DNA of 64,000 nt. Source: Deltaproteobacteria bacterium (GTDB taxonomy: Bacteria; CALINM01). Below are positions 1 through 10,181 of the stretch, one piece after another. The stretch spans positions 121,144 to 185,143 of the forward strand of contig JBBIPZ010000001.1 of NCBI GenBank assembly GCA_037442505.1, given 5' to 3'. Within the stretch, counting starts at the first letter, position 1, and the number at the start of each line of letters is the position of its first letter. Below the pieces are notes generated by a model. That model was given only the letters and a program-made list of their open reading frames with translations. It searched no databases and was not told the DNA's origin. Position numbers and translations under genes: made by a program.

Positions 1-93
1 CTTATTAAAATTGGCACCAAAAGGCAAGAAAAAAGTTTGACTTGAACAAAAATTGTGTTATATTCTACATTAATTTATTTGGAGGAAAAAATT

Positions 94-984
94 ATGCAAA
101 AAAATGTAGTTGCATTTATTTGCTTTTTTGTTCTTATACCAGTGTTAGTCTTTGCTGATTCGACACCTTTGAAACCGGAAACGGAAAAGGCTGTTAAGGA
201 GTATAAAGCAGCCCTGGAGAATAAAGCAGTAAAGCCTAAAAAAAAGACTTCTGCTCTTAAAAAGGAAGATAAAGCCCAAAAAGAAGCTTATGTTTCAGAA
301 AACCAGACAGAAAAAAAAGTTGCTGCCTACAAACGTAGTATCAAAGCTGAGGCAGATGGACTTATCGCTGCAGGACGTTATGCAGATGCAATCAGGCTTT
401 TGATTAGTGCAATCAGGAAAGAGCCTAACAACTATGAGCTCAGATATCTGTTATCAATAGCGTATTACGAGTATGGTATGCCCAATAAAGCTACAGAAGA
501 ACTTAATAATGTTTTAAAGTTGAAGCCAGATTTTGCCCCCGCACACGTTAGGCTGGGAATAATTTATAAGAGGAAAGGTAATAGCGATTTAGCATTGAGG
601 GAGTTTGCACAGGCTTCAGAGTTGATGCCCAATAACCTTGAGCTAAAGTATCAGTTAGGTAAGATATACCTTGAAAAAGGGCAGAAAGAAAAGGCATTAG
701 AGGAGTTTAAAGCTACACTTTTAATTGACCCTTCGTATTATCTTTCAAATCTGGCGATTTCGGATATTCTTATCGAAGCCAAAGACTATGAAAATGCTAT
801 TGAAGAACTTAAACTCGCCACTATCTATTCGCCCAAAAATCCAGAAATTCACTATAAGTTAGGCAAAATTTACATGTTGCAGGGGAACAAAAACAGCGCA
901 ATCGAGGAATACAGAATTTTAAAAGATATGAATCCAGAATACGCAAAAAATCTGTTTATGGCAATTTTCCCTGAAGGGAAGTGA
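94..984 (+). CDS. Secreted TPR-repeat protein (signal peptide MQKNVVAFICFFVLIPVLVFA; multiple TPR-like Y/A/L-rich 34-aa repeats)
   Basis: ORF track 55..984. The likely true start is the ATG at 94, preceded by GGAGG at 81-85. There is an N-terminal hydrophobic signal sequence. TPR signature residues (AxxYxxxG, NPxxAxxxLG) repeat through the protein. Confidence 0.7.
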   Translation: MQKNVVAFICFFVLIPVLVFADSTPLKPETEKAVKEYKAALENKAVKPKKKTSALKKEDKAQKEAYVSENQTEKKVAAYKRSIKAEADGLIAAGRYADAIRLLISAIRKEPNNYELRYLLSIAYYEYGMPNKATEELNNVLKLKPDFAPAHVRLGIIYKRKGNSDLALREFAQASELMPNNLELKYQLGKIYLEKGQKEKALEEFKATLLIDPSYYLSNLAISDILIEAKDYENAIEELKLATIYSPKNPEIHYKLGKIYMLQGNKNSAIEEYRILKDMNPEYAKNLFMAIFPEGK

Positions 985-2201
985 TGCGGCTATTATTAAT
1001 AGTAACTTTCACACTCTTGACTGTTTCGTCAGCCTTTTCAGATAAAAACCCTCTTTACGAGGGTTTTTCTTTTATTGAGAGGGGAGAGTATCAGCGTTCG
1101 TTTTCGATTTTTTCGTCAATAAAATCAGATGTGCCGCAACGCTATACAGGCATGGGCATTTCAAAATATATGCAGAAGGATTACGTTAAGGCTTTTGAAT
1201 ATTTAGAAACAGCTTTAAAATCAAAAGAAGAGTCAAAAAAATGGGTAACAAACTATTTTGCAGCCCTATCACTTTTTGAACTAAAACGTTACAAAGAGTC
1301 GATAAAATATTTTGAAAATACCATCGGGCAAAAAAGGCTGCCAGATGCGATTTTTAAAATGGCTGTTTGCTACGAAATGGTGGGTGATTTAGAAACAGCT
1401 ATGAAGCTTTTCAATGCTGTAGTGGAGCTGGAGCCTAAATTAGCTGAGGCTTATACTGAGATTGCAAACATTTTTATTAAACAGAATAAAATATCAGAGG
1501 CTAAGACAGTCGTTGATAAGGGGCTATCCTTATTAAATGACAATCCATCATTAATTTACCAGAATGCAAAATTGCTATTTATATCAGGTAAGCTCGATGA
1601 GGCAGAAAAAGAGTTAGAACGTGCAATGAAAATCGAAAAAGACACGAAAATATTAGGGCTTTATTCAACAATCCAGAAATCAAAAACTAAAATAACCAAA
1701 GATGTTGGGGGAAAAAGGTCAGAAAAAGGCGTTGATTTTGATTATATTGTTGCTAATAAAGAGAAACTTCTGATAGCAGGTGCAGTAGTCTGCTGTCTGG
1801 TGTTGATAGTGTTTTCAGGTTTTTATAGTAGAAGAAAACGACAAAGAGAAAAGCTTGAATATTTTTATGAACTGCTGAAAAAGAAAGATGTTTTTGGGGC
1901 AGAAGAGATTTTAAACCAGATTTCAGCCACTTTCATTGATTTGTTGCCATTGTTAAACACAAAACTTTTTGTTCTAAAGGAAGATTTTAATAATGCCATT
2001 TCTAACTGCATTAAGATACGCAATAACGAAAAAAGAATGTATCTGGAAGGCTTGATTTATTATTATTTTGGGAAAAAAGAAGATTTTAAAAGGCAAATAA
2101 CGATTATAGAGGCAGCAGGATTAAACAGATATGTTGAACTTTTAAAAGTCAGCTCATTTGAAGCCAGAGAAATCATTTTATCAAAAATTCTTGAAATATG
2201 A
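981..2201 (+). CDS. TPR-repeat protein with N-terminal signal peptide and one internal TM segment
   Basis: 406-aa ORF overlapping the previous stop (ATGA). TPR-like repeats in the N-terminal half. The hydrophobic stretch IAGAVVCCLVLIVFSGFY is followed by RRKRQR (stop-transfer). Confidence 0.6.
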   Translation: MMRLLLIVTFTLLTVSSAFSDKNPLYEGFSFIERGEYQRSFSIFSSIKSDVPQRYTGMGISKYMQKDYVKAFEYLETALKSKEESKKWVTNYFAALSLFELKRYKESIKYFENTIGQKRLPDAIFKMAVCYEMVGDLETAMKLFNAVVELEPKLAEAYTEIANIFIKQNKISEAKTVVDKGLSLLNDNPSLIYQNAKLLFISGKLDEAEKELERAMKIEKDTKILGLYSTIQKSKTKITKDVGGKRSEKGVDFDYIVANKEKLLIAGAVVCCLVLIVFSGFYSRRKRQREKLEYFYELLKKKDVFGAEEILNQISATFIDLLPLLNTKLFVLKEDFNNAISNCIKIRNNEKRMYLEGLIYYYFGKKEDFKRQITIIEAAGLNRYVELLKVSSFEAREIILSKILEI

Positions 2202-2279
2202 CGCAAATTTTCTTAATTGTTAATAATAGCCAAAAATGATACATTAATAGTTTACGATTTTTTATGCTGGAGGCAGTTT

Positions 2280-3542
2280 ATGGACAAATTTATCATAAAG
2301 GGTGGATACAGACTTACAGGTGAAGTGATGATTAGTGGTGCTAAAAATTCAGCTTTACCACTAATGGCGGCAACGCTTCTTACAAAAGATGTCTGCAAAC
2401 TTAAAGATATTCCTTTGCTTCAAGATATTAACACAATGCAAAAGTTGATGTGTACCTTGGGTTGTGAAATTAGTAGAGACAGCAGGGGAATTTTGCATCT
2501 TAATTCTGAAAAATTAGATAATTTTGAAGCACCGTATGACCTTGTAAGAACGATGAGGGCTTCTGTGCTTGTGTTAGGGCCTCTTGTTTCAAGATTAGGA
2601 AAGGCAAGAATATCTCTGCCGGGTGGTTGTGCCATAGGAGATAGACCTATCAATTTACATATTGACGCATTGAGAAAGATGGGGGCAAAAGTTGAACAGT
2701 CTCATGGTTATGTTACCGCTTCTGCAAAGAGATTGAAAGGCAGCAAGATTTATTTTGACATTCCAACAGTTACAGGGACAGAAAACGTTATTATGGCTGC
2801 TACCCTTGCAAAAGGTGAGACAATAATAGAAAATGCTGCTAAGGAACCAGAAATTGTCGATTTAGTAAACTTTTTAAGAAAGATGGGAGCAAAGATTGAT
2901 GGAGAAGGCACTCCAGTTATCCGTATAGAAGGAGTGGATGAGCTTAAGGGGGCAGAGCACACGGTTATTCCAGACAGGATAGAGGCGGGAAGTTTTATGA
3001 TTGCGGCAGCTGCAACTGCTGGTAACGTTCTTGTGAAAAACTGTGTTATTGAACATTTAGAAGCTCTTGAGCAAAAGCTTATAGAAGCAGGTGCAAATGT
3101 GGTAAGAGAAAAGGATGGAGTCAGGGTCGTTGGAAAAAGAGATATTAAGAGTGTTGATATTACTACGATGCCTTACCCAGGTTTTCCCACTGACTTACAG
3201 GCGCAGTTTATGGCGTTTATGTGTACTGCAAAAGGTTTGTCTGTTATCAGGGAAACCATTTTCGAAAATCGTTTTATCCATGTTAGTGAATTGAAAAGAA
3301 TGGGTGCAAACATAACAATAAAAGATAGAAATGCCATTGTAAAAGGTGTTCCAGAACTTACAGGAGCACCAGTTATGGTCTCTGATTTAAGGGCTGGAGC
3401 AGCACTTGTTATAGCTGGACTTATGGCTTGCGGAGAAACAGAAGTATTAAGGATATACCATCTTGACAGAGGATACGAATCGATGGAAAAGAAACTCGCA
3501 AAATTGGGGGCAAAAATAAAAAGGACAAAGGAAAAGAATTAG
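2280..3542 (+). CDS. murA: UDP-N-acetylglucosamine 1-carboxyvinyltransferase
   Basis: Begins MDKFIIKGGYRLTGEV-ISGAKNSALPLMAA, the canonical MurA N-terminus. The internal start at 2280 is preceded by GGAGGCAG. The length of ~420 aa fits. Confidence 0.93.
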   Translation: MDKFIIKGGYRLTGEVMISGAKNSALPLMAATLLTKDVCKLKDIPLLQDINTMQKLMCTLGCEISRDSRGILHLNSEKLDNFEAPYDLVRTMRASVLVLGPLVSRLGKARISLPGGCAIGDRPINLHIDALRKMGAKVEQSHGYVTASAKRLKGSKIYFDIPTVTGTENVIMAATLAKGETIIENAAKEPEIVDLVNFLRKMGAKIDGEGTPVIRIEGVDELKGAEHTVIPDRIEAGSFMIAAAATAGNVLVKNCVIEHLEALEQKLIEAGANVVREKDGVRVVGKRDIKSVDITTMPYPGFPTDLQAQFMAFMCTAKGLSVIRETIFENRFIHVSELKRMGANITIKDRNAIVKGVPELTGAPVMVSDLRAGAALVIAGLMACGETEVLRIYHLDRGYESMEKKLAKLGAKIKRTKEKN

Positions 3543-3544
3543 TC

Positions 3545-4174
3545 ATGGTCACCATTGCTTTATCTAAGGGGCGCATCTTAAAAGAAGAAGTTGCCCTGTT
3601 TAAAGATGCAAAAATTGATATTTCAGATGTGCTAAAGGATGACAGAAGACTATTATTTACTTTCACCGAGCTAAATATAAACGTTATGTTATTAAAGCCT
3701 TTTGATGTTTGCGTATATGTAGAAAAGGGGGCTGCAGATCTCGGCATAGTAGGCAGAGATGTTATCCTTGAAGAAAACCGTGAAGTTTTTTCGTTGCTTG
3801 ATCTGGGTATCGGTAAATGTCGTATTAGCATAGCTAAGCCGAAGAAAAGTTTACAGTTTGTTGAGGGTAAATTAAGGGTGGGAACAAAGTTTCCGGAAAT
3901 AACTAAAAATTATTACGAAACTAAAGGCATGAATGTTGATATTATTAAACTGTATGGTTCTATTGAGCTTGCTCCGCTAACAGGTATTACGGACTGTATA
4001 GTTGATATTGTTTCGAGCGGGGAGACCCTTAGAAAAAATGGCTTGGAAGAAGTAGAAAAAATTTGTGACATTTCGAGCTATCTTATCGCAAACAGAACTT
4101 CTTTTAAAACGAAATTTAATGAGGTCAAACGGATTATACAGGGCTTACAAAAAGTCACGGGAGGCTTCTCATGA
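3545..4174 (+). CDS. hisG: ATP phosphoribosyltransferase (short form)
   Basis: MVTIALSKGRILKEE... is a HisG-S-like N-terminus. It sits at the head of a his operon, at ~209 aa. Confidence 0.88.
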   Translation: MVTIALSKGRILKEEVALFKDAKIDISDVLKDDRRLLFTFTELNINVMLLKPFDVCVYVEKGAADLGIVGRDVILEENREVFSLLDLGIGKCRISIAKPKKSLQFVEGKLRVGTKFPEITKNYYETKGMNVDIIKLYGSIELAPLTGITDCIVDIVSSGETLRKNGLEEVEKICDISSYLIANRTSFKTKFNEVKRIIQGLQKVTGGFS

Positions 4175-5472
4175 AGATTATAAAATATGGGACAGAGGAG
4201 GCTTCAAGTTTTATAAGATGCCTGTTAAACAGATTGGCTTTCGATACACCGCAGGAGACAACTGTAAAATCAATTATATCAGATGTCAGGGAAAAGGGTG
4301 ACGCTGCTATTCGGCATTACTTGGATAAATTTGACAAGATTAACTTGGCGCCCAAAAACTTCGTCTTAACAGATAAAGAATGGAAAGAGGGTGCAAACAG
4401 ATGCAGCAATGAAGTTAAAAAGATAATCGACATAACAGCTGAAAGGCTGGAAGAGTTTTATCAGCGCACAACTTACAACTCATGGTTTTATTACGATAAA
4501 TACAAAAATCTGCTCGGGAACAGGTTTTTACCCTTAAGCAGAGTACTTGTTTATGCCCCGGGTGGAAAGGCAACTTATCCATCTTCTGTTTTGATGGGTG
4601 CAGTACCGGCAAAAATTGCAGGTGTTGAAGAGGTTATTTTAACAACGCCTGAGAGACAGGATGGCATTTCACCTGCTGTTTTATATGCAGCTTTAAGGGC
4701 AGGTGTGAAAAAGGTTTATAGATTGGGTGGTGCACAGGCCATAGCTGGTTTTTCTTTTGGAACAGAGACACTGCCAAAGGTTGATAAGATCGTTGGTCCG
4801 GGCAATATTTTTGTCGCTACAGCAAAAAAACTACTTTATGGCGTGGTAGATATTGATATGGTTGCTGGTCCAAGTGAAGTACTTGTGATTTTTGATGGTT
4901 CTGCATCACTTGATTATGTTGCGTTTGATATGTTGTCGCAATTAGAACACGATGAACAGGCGGTAGCTCTCGCAGTAACAAACGATAACGCTTTGGCAAC
5001 AAAGCTACAACAAATACTTGAAAAAAATGCTAAAAAAGCTAAAAGGTCAAAAATAATAGAAAAATCACTTGAAAATGCTGCGATTATTGTTGTTGACAAT
5101 ATTCTGACTGCTGTAGAAGTGGCAAACTCAGTAGCACCAGAACATCTGGAAATTATGACAGAACGCCCCATGGAACTTTTACCTTATATAAAAAATGCTG
5201 GGGCTGTTTTCCTTGGGAGTCAAACACCAGAGGCGGTTGGTGATTATATAGCAGGTCCAAATCATGTTTTGCCTACCGGTGGAACGGCAAGATTCTTTTC
5301 GCCATTGGGCGTTGAAAGCTTTTTAAGAAGGATGAGCATAATATCATTTAGCGAGAAAGGTTTGCAAGCCTTAGGCGGATATGTTGCCAGCTTTGCAGAT
5401 GAAGAAGGGCTTTTTGCTCACGGCGATTCTGTCAGAATGAGATTGAGAAAAGGAGGAAAGTTTGAGGATTAG
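4171..5472 (+). CDS. hisD: Histidinol dehydrogenase
   Basis: 433 aa with HisD-typical motifs (GGAQAIAG, VDKIVGPGNIFVATAK, AGPSEVLVI). It overlaps the hisG stop. Confidence 0.92.
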   Translation: MKIIKYGTEEASSFIRCLLNRLAFDTPQETTVKSIISDVREKGDAAIRHYLDKFDKINLAPKNFVLTDKEWKEGANRCSNEVKKIIDITAERLEEFYQRTTYNSWFYYDKYKNLLGNRFLPLSRVLVYAPGGKATYPSSVLMGAVPAKIAGVEEVILTTPERQDGISPAVLYAALRAGVKKVYRLGGAQAIAGFSFGTETLPKVDKIVGPGNIFVATAKKLLYGVVDIDMVAGPSEVLVIFDGSASLDYVAFDMLSQLEHDEQAVALAVTNDNALATKLQQILEKNAKKAKRSKIIEKSLENAAIIVVDNILTAVEVANSVAPEHLEIMTERPMELLPYIKNAGAVFLGSQTPEAVGDYIAGPNHVLPTGGTARFFSPLGVESFLRRMSIISFSEKGLQALGGYVASFADEEGLFAHGDSVRMRLRKGGKFED

Positions 5473-6517
5473 AGAAGAAGTTTTATCACTAAAGCCATAC
5501 TTTATTGATGAAAAACAGGTAAAATTTAAACTTGATGCAAATGAGAGTCCTTTTGACCTTTCAGAAGAAGACAAGAAGGCGTTGCTGGAAGAACTTGCAA
5601 CAATACATACAAACCGCTATCCCGATCCTTCAATCAAAATTATAAAAAACTTGATAGCTGAAAGAGAATGTGTTTCTAATAACGAGATAGTTTTTGGCAA
5701 CGGTTCAGACGAACTGATATATATGCTTTTAATGTGTCTAAAAGACAGGGCGAAAGTTATGTTTCCTCAGCCGGGATTTGCTATGTATAGTATTGGTGCG
5801 AAAATATTTGGAAAGCAATTAATTCCATACAATCTTGTGCCGCCTTATTATATGGTTAATGAAGAAGAGTTTTTAAATCTATTAAGCACAGAAAATCCCG
5901 ATCTTGTGTTTGTTGCCAATCCAAATAATCCAACAGGCAATATATTCCCTCCAGATTTATTAGTCGAGACGATGAAGGCTCACGAAGACACAATTTTCGT
6001 CTCTGATGAGGCGTATTATGATTACGCTCAGTCTTCCATGATTTCTAATCTTTGCAATCATAAAAATTTATTAGTTATGAGGAGTTTTTCAAAGATAGGA
6101 TTTGCGAGTATAAGGCTTGGCTATCTTTTAGGAAAAGAACCGCTTATAGAGGCTGTGTCAAAGGTAAGACTTCCTTACAACATTAATAGCTATACTCAAA
6201 AAGTGGCGGAGTTTTTCCTTAAAAGAAATGACTTAGTAAAAAAACAAATTTCTGATATAATAGATGAACGAGAGAGAATTTTTAATGTTTTGACGGGGTT
6301 CAATATCTTTACACTTCCTTCTAAGGCAAACTTTCTGACCTTTAAAGTTGAAAAAAGTGGATTTTACAATTTTTTGCTTGATAATGGGGTGTTAATAAAG
6401 GATTTGTTTCATTCTTTTGGTATGAAAAACTTTTACAGAATGACTATCGGTAGAAAGGAAGAAAATAGCTTTTTTATTAAGCTTCTTACAAATTTTATTG
6501 AAGGGGCTGAGTTATGA
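5462..6517 (+). CDS. hisC: Histidinol-phosphate aminotransferase
   Basis: Class II aminotransferase features (YPDP, NPNNPTG, SFSKIG with PLP-lysine context). Operon position fits. Confidence 0.88.
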   Translation: MRIREEVLSLKPYFIDEKQVKFKLDANESPFDLSEEDKKALLEELATIHTNRYPDPSIKIIKNLIAERECVSNNEIVFGNGSDELIYMLLMCLKDRAKVMFPQPGFAMYSIGAKIFGKQLIPYNLVPPYYMVNEEEFLNLLSTENPDLVFVANPNNPTGNIFPPDLLVETMKAHEDTIFVSDEAYYDYAQSSMISNLCNHKNLLVMRSFSKIGFASIRLGYLLGKEPLIEAVSKVRLPYNINSYTQKVAEFFLKRNDLVKKQISDIIDERERIFNVLTGFNIFTLPSKANFLTFKVEKSGFYNFLLDNGVLIKDLFHSFGMKNFYRMTIGRKEENSFFIKLLTNFIEGAEL

Positions 6518-7092
6518 TTGCTGAAATAAAACGTAAAACCAACGAAACAGATATAGCTGTTAAATTAGAGCTTAGAGGCAAAGGCAGTTCAAAGGTTGAA
6601 ACGGGCATTCCATTTTTCGATCATATGCTTACACTCTTTGCTAAACACGGTTTTTTTAATTTAAAGATATCTGCCAGAGGCGACATTGATATTGATTTCC
6701 ACCATACGGTTGAGGATGTAGGTATTGCTCTGGGAATGGCATTTAAAAAGGCGTTAGGAGACGTAAAGAACATAAAGCGTTACGGTTTTTTTGCTGTTCC
6801 TATGGACGAAGCGTTTGCTGAGGCAGCTGTTGATATTTGTGGGCGTTCAAACTTTATATACAACGTTGAACTAAAAAAAGGGAAGGTGGGAGAGTTTGAT
6901 ACTGAGCTTGCCGAAGCCTTTTTTAAAGGTTTTGTTGACCAGAGTTTCATAACTTTGCACCTGTCTTTGAGATACGGTAAAAATATGCATCATTGTATAG
7001 AAGCAATATTTAAAGCCTTTGCGAGGGCTTTATCAATGGCAGTAGAAGAAGAAAAAAGATATGATATTCCTTCCACAAAAGGGGTTATATGA
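6514..7092 (+). CDS. hisB: Imidazoleglycerol-phosphate dehydratase
   Basis: 192 aa. ETDI-V-L-L-G, FFDHML, HH-VED-GIALG and HHCIEA-FKA motifs are typical of IGPD. Confidence 0.92.
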   Translation: MIAEIKRKTNETDIAVKLELRGKGSSKVETGIPFFDHMLTLFAKHGFFNLKISARGDIDIDFHHTVEDVGIALGMAFKKALGDVKNIKRYGFFAVPMDEAFAEAAVDICGRSNFIYNVELKKGKVGEFDTELAEAFFKGFVDQSFITLHLSLRYGKNMHHCIEAIFKAFARALSMAVEEEKRYDIPSTKGVI

Positions 7093-7727
7093 TAGCCATT
7101 GTAGATTATGGAATGGGAAATCTGGAAAGTGTTAGCAAAGCACTTAAACATCTGGGATTTGATGTTATTGTTACATCAAAGGTTGAAGATATTAAATCAT
7201 CTGATGGTGTCATCCTGCCTGGGGTAGGTGCATTTCCCGACTGTATGGTAAATTTGGGAAAACTTGGATTAGTTGAAATTGTTAAAGATTCTGCTCTAAA
7301 TAAGCCTTTTTTAGGAATCTGCCTTGGACTTCAGTTACTTTTCGAAGAAAGTGAGGAGTTTGGCAGGCATGAGGGATTGTCGATTTTTAAAGGCAGGGTA
7401 AAGAGGTTTAGAGATAATATGATGGTTGAAGGAGAGAGGCTAAAAATACCCCATATGGGATGGAATAGCATTAAAATTAAAAAGACTACACCATTTCTTG
7501 ACGGCATAAATGATGGAAGTTATTTCTATTTTGTTCATTCGTATTATGTTGAAACAGATGATAGTTTGGTTGCGACGGAAACGTTTTATGGTGTAAACTT
7601 TGCTTCTTCGATAGCTAAAGATAAACTGTTTGCCTGTCAATTTCATCCCGAAAAGAGCCAGAGACTGGGGTTAAAACTGCTTGAAAATTTTGGATTAATT
7701 ACGAAAGGTGAAAAAAGATGCGACTAA
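7089..7727 (+). CDS. hisH: Imidazole glycerol phosphate synthase, glutamine amidotransferase subunit
   Basis: MIAIVDYGMGNL-SV start. GICLGLQLL contains the catalytic Cys. FHPEKS is near the C-terminus. Confidence 0.92.
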   Translation: MIAIVDYGMGNLESVSKALKHLGFDVIVTSKVEDIKSSDGVILPGVGAFPDCMVNLGKLGLVEIVKDSALNKPFLGICLGLQLLFEESEEFGRHEGLSIFKGRVKRFRDNMMVEGERLKIPHMGWNSIKIKKTTPFLDGINDGSYFYFVHSYYVETDDSLVATETFYGVNFASSIAKDKLFACQFHPEKSQRLGLKLLENFGLITKGEKRCD

Positions 7728-8374
7728 GGTTTTTGATATTGACGATTTTTTTCAGCTTACTGGTTTCGTGCTTCTCTGCAAGTTATGATTTAGAAGAAAA
7801 GTTGGTTTGTCCTGCATTACCTCCAATCAAAAGGGTTGCGGTGATGCCTTTTTTCGTGCCTACAGGTGAGGAAATGGGCGTAGTTAAGGAGGGGAAGATT
7901 GACGGTATGGCTGCAGAAAAATTAGCTACATTTACTGAGAATAAACTTAAAGATTTTGGTTGTTTTGAAGTACTTTCCTGGGAAGAGGTGCTTTCCATTT
8001 TTCAAATGGATGATAAAGACAACCTGTTTCTAATAGACAGAAAGGATATGAAAAGTTTTGTTATAAATGCGGGGAAAAAAACAAATGCTGACGCTGTTCT
8101 TATTGGCTATGTCACAAAGTATTCAGAAAGAATAGGTGAAAAATATGGAGTTTCGAAGCCTGCTTCCGTTGGATTTGTGATGTTTTTGTTTTCGTCAAAA
8201 GATGGTTCGATTTTATGGACAGGCGCTTATAGGGAAACGCAAAGCGCCCTATCCGATAATCTTTTAAACATTAAGTTGTTTATGAAAAGGGGAATGAAGT
8301 GGCTAACGGCAGATGAAATTGCAAAATGGGGCGTTTCTGAAGTCCTTAAAAATTTTCCTGGACGTGTAAAATGA
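7718..8374 (+). CDS. Lipoprotein of unknown function embedded in the his operon
   Basis: Signal peptide plus lipobox (LLVSC). It contains a KRVAVMPF motif. It overlaps the hisH stop and the hisA start, so it is translationally coupled on both sides. Confidence 0.6.
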   Translation: MRLRFLILTIFFSLLVSCFSASYDLEEKLVCPALPPIKRVAVMPFFVPTGEEMGVVKEGKIDGMAAEKLATFTENKLKDFGCFEVLSWEEVLSIFQMDDKDNLFLIDRKDMKSFVINAGKKTNADAVLIGYVTKYSERIGEKYGVSKPASVGFVMFLFSSKDGSILWTGAYRETQSALSDNLLNIKLFMKRGMKWLTADEIAKWGVSEVLKNFPGRVK

Positions 8375-9090
8375 TAGTGATACCAGCGATAGATCTGTTA
8401 AATGGCAAATGTGTAAGGCTAAAACAGGGTAGCTATGATGATGTTACAGTTTATTCTGACAATCCCATTGATTTTGCAAAGAAGTTTGAAGACGATGGCG
8501 CCCGGCTCATACACATTGTTGATCTTAATGGTGCAAAAGACGGTTCGCCCGTTAACTTTAAGGTGATTGAAAAACTTGCAAGTTCTGTTGCTGTGCCGTT
8601 AGAAATAGGTGGCGGCATTAGAGATGTCCAGACAGCCAGAAGATATTTTAATGCTGGCGTAAAGAGAATAATTATCGGAACGAAGGCTTGCGAATCACCT
8701 AACTTCATCAGAGAACTCAAGAACAATGTTGAAGCTGAAATCGTGGCAGGAATAGATGCTAAAAACGGGAAGGTAGCGGTAAAAGGCTGGGTAGAAGTTA
8801 CAGGTATCGATGCAAAAGAGTTGGCCATTTCAGTAGAAAAACAGGGTGCAGTTGCTATTATTTACACGGATATTGCAAAAGATGGAATGAGAACTGGCCC
8901 AAACATTGAGGCAACTCTGGAAATAATTGATACTGTGAATATACCGGTTATTGCCTCTGGTGGTGTTTCTAACGAATCAGATATTTATGAGCTTGCAAAG
9001 CACCCTGTCTGGGGTGTGATTGTAGGTAAGGCGATTTACGAGGGCAACATTAATCTGAGAAATGTAATAAAAAGACTTGGTGAGGTATAG
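8371..9090 (+). CDS. hisA: 1-(5-phosphoribosyl)-5-[(5-phosphoribosylamino)methylideneamino]imidazole-4-carboxamide isomerase
   Basis: [17 protein letters not shown] start. [14 protein letters not shown] and ASGGVS motifs. Confidence 0.92.
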   Translation: MIVIPAIDLLNGKCVRLKQGSYDDVTVYSDNPIDFAKKFEDDGARLIHIVDLNGAKDGSPVNFKVIEKLASSVAVPLEIGGGIRDVQTARRYFNAGVKRIIIGTKACESPNFIRELKNNVEAEIVAGIDAKNGKVAVKGWVEVTGIDAKELAISVEKQGAVAIIYTDIAKDGMRTGPNIEATLEIIDTVNIPVIASGGVSNESDIYELAKHPVWGVIVGKAIYEGNINLRNVIKRLGEV

Positions 9091-9091
9091 T

Positions 9092-9859
9092 TTGGTTACT
9101 AAGCGCATTATACCGTGTCTTGATGTCAAGGCAGGGCGGGTAGTTAAGGGAGTTAATTTTGTTCAGCTGGTTGATGCTGGAGATCCAGTGGAGGCAGCAT
9201 ACGCATATGATAAAGCCGGTGCAGATGAACTTGTTTTTCTTGATATTACTGCATCATACGAGAACAGAGATATAATCATCGATGTTGTGAAAAAGACCGC
9301 TGCAAGGGCGTTTATGCCTCTTACTGTAGGTGGTGGTGTTAGAACGATTGATGACGTAAAAAGACTTTTGAAGGCAGGGGCAGATAAGGTTTCTATCAAT
9401 ACGGCTGCAGTAAAACAGCCAGAATTTGTAAAAGAATCTGCAAAGATTTTCGGAAGTCAATGTATAGTGGTTGCTATAGATGCAAAAAGAAAGATAAAAG
9501 ATAGCAAGCTAACTTTTGAAGTATATACACATGGAGGAAGGAACGAGACTGGAATTGATGCAGTTTTATGGGCAAAAAGGATGGAGTCTTATGGTGCAGG
9601 AGAAATTTTGTTAACCAGCATGGATAAAGACGGCACAAAAGAAGGTTATGATCTGGAGCTTACAAGGGTTATATCTGAAAATGTGGGAATTCCTGTCATT
9701 GCTTCTGGAGGTGCTGGAAGGCTGGAACATTTTTATGATGCTATTAATGAGGGTAAAGCCGATGCGGTCCTTGCTGCGTCACTTTTTCATTTTGGCATCA
9801 TAACGATTGATGAGGTAAAAAAATACCTTTTAAGTAAAGGTGTAGGGGTAAGGATATGA
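9092..9859 (+). CDS. hisF: Imidazole glycerol phosphate synthase cyclase subunit
   Basis: [30 protein letters not shown] and ASGGAG motifs. The ORF track starts at TTG 9077. TTG 9092 (giving [12 protein letters not shown]) follows the hisA stop and a GGTGAGG RBS and is the more likely start. Confidence 0.9.
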   Translation: MVTKRIIPCLDVKAGRVVKGVNFVQLVDAGDPVEAAYAYDKAGADELVFLDITASYENRDIIIDVVKKTAARAFMPLTVGGGVRTIDDVKRLLKAGADKVSINTAAVKQPEFVKESAKIFGSQCIVVAIDAKRKIKDSKLTFEVYTHGGRNETGIDAVLWAKRMESYGAGEILLTSMDKDGTKEGYDLELTRVISENVGIPVIASGGAGRLEHFYDAINEGKADAVLAASLFHFGIITIDEVKKYLLSKGVGVRI

Positions 9860-10170
9860 TACTGAAAGATCTGGAAAATATTATAAGGGAACGAATAGAA
9901 AATGCTTCGCCAGAAGAGTCTTATGTTGCACAACTTCACAAAAAGGGGGTAGAAAAGATACTAAAAAAAATTTTTGAAGAAGGATTGGAGCTTGCTCTGG
10001 CTGTTAGAGAAAAAAATAATAAAGCAGTTATATACGAAGCAGCCGATCTAATCTTTCACATCATGGTATTGCTTGGAGAGGAACAGGTTGAAATTGAAGA
10101 TATATTTAGTGAGCTTGAACGAAGATTTGGAAAATCAGGTATTGAAGAAAAAAAACAAAGAAAAAACTAA
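9856..10170 (+). CDS. hisE: Phosphoribosyl-ATP pyrophosphatase (HisE domain only)
   Basis: 104 aa with the typical HisE motif SY-A-L---G--KI-KK--EE--E and E-ADL-FH-MVLL. There is no HisI cyclohydrolase domain. Confidence 0.85.
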   Translation: MILKDLENIIRERIENASPEESYVAQLHKKGVEKILKKIFEEGLELALAVREKNNKAVIYEAADLIFHIMVLLGEEQVEIEDIFSELERRFGKSGIEEKKQRKN

Positions 10171-10181
10171 AGGAGAGTTTT

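Noticed and set aside
3421-3831. 136-aa minus-strand ORF across the murA/hisG junction
   Set aside because: It is antisense to two well-supported genes. No start context. Composition typical of shadow ORFs.
4065-4301. 78-aa ORF spanning hisG/hisD junction in another frame
   Set aside because: It overlaps two supported genes. No RBS.
8451-8828. 125-aa minus-strand ORF inside hisA
   Set aside because: Antisense shadow ORF within a strongly supported hisA reading frame.
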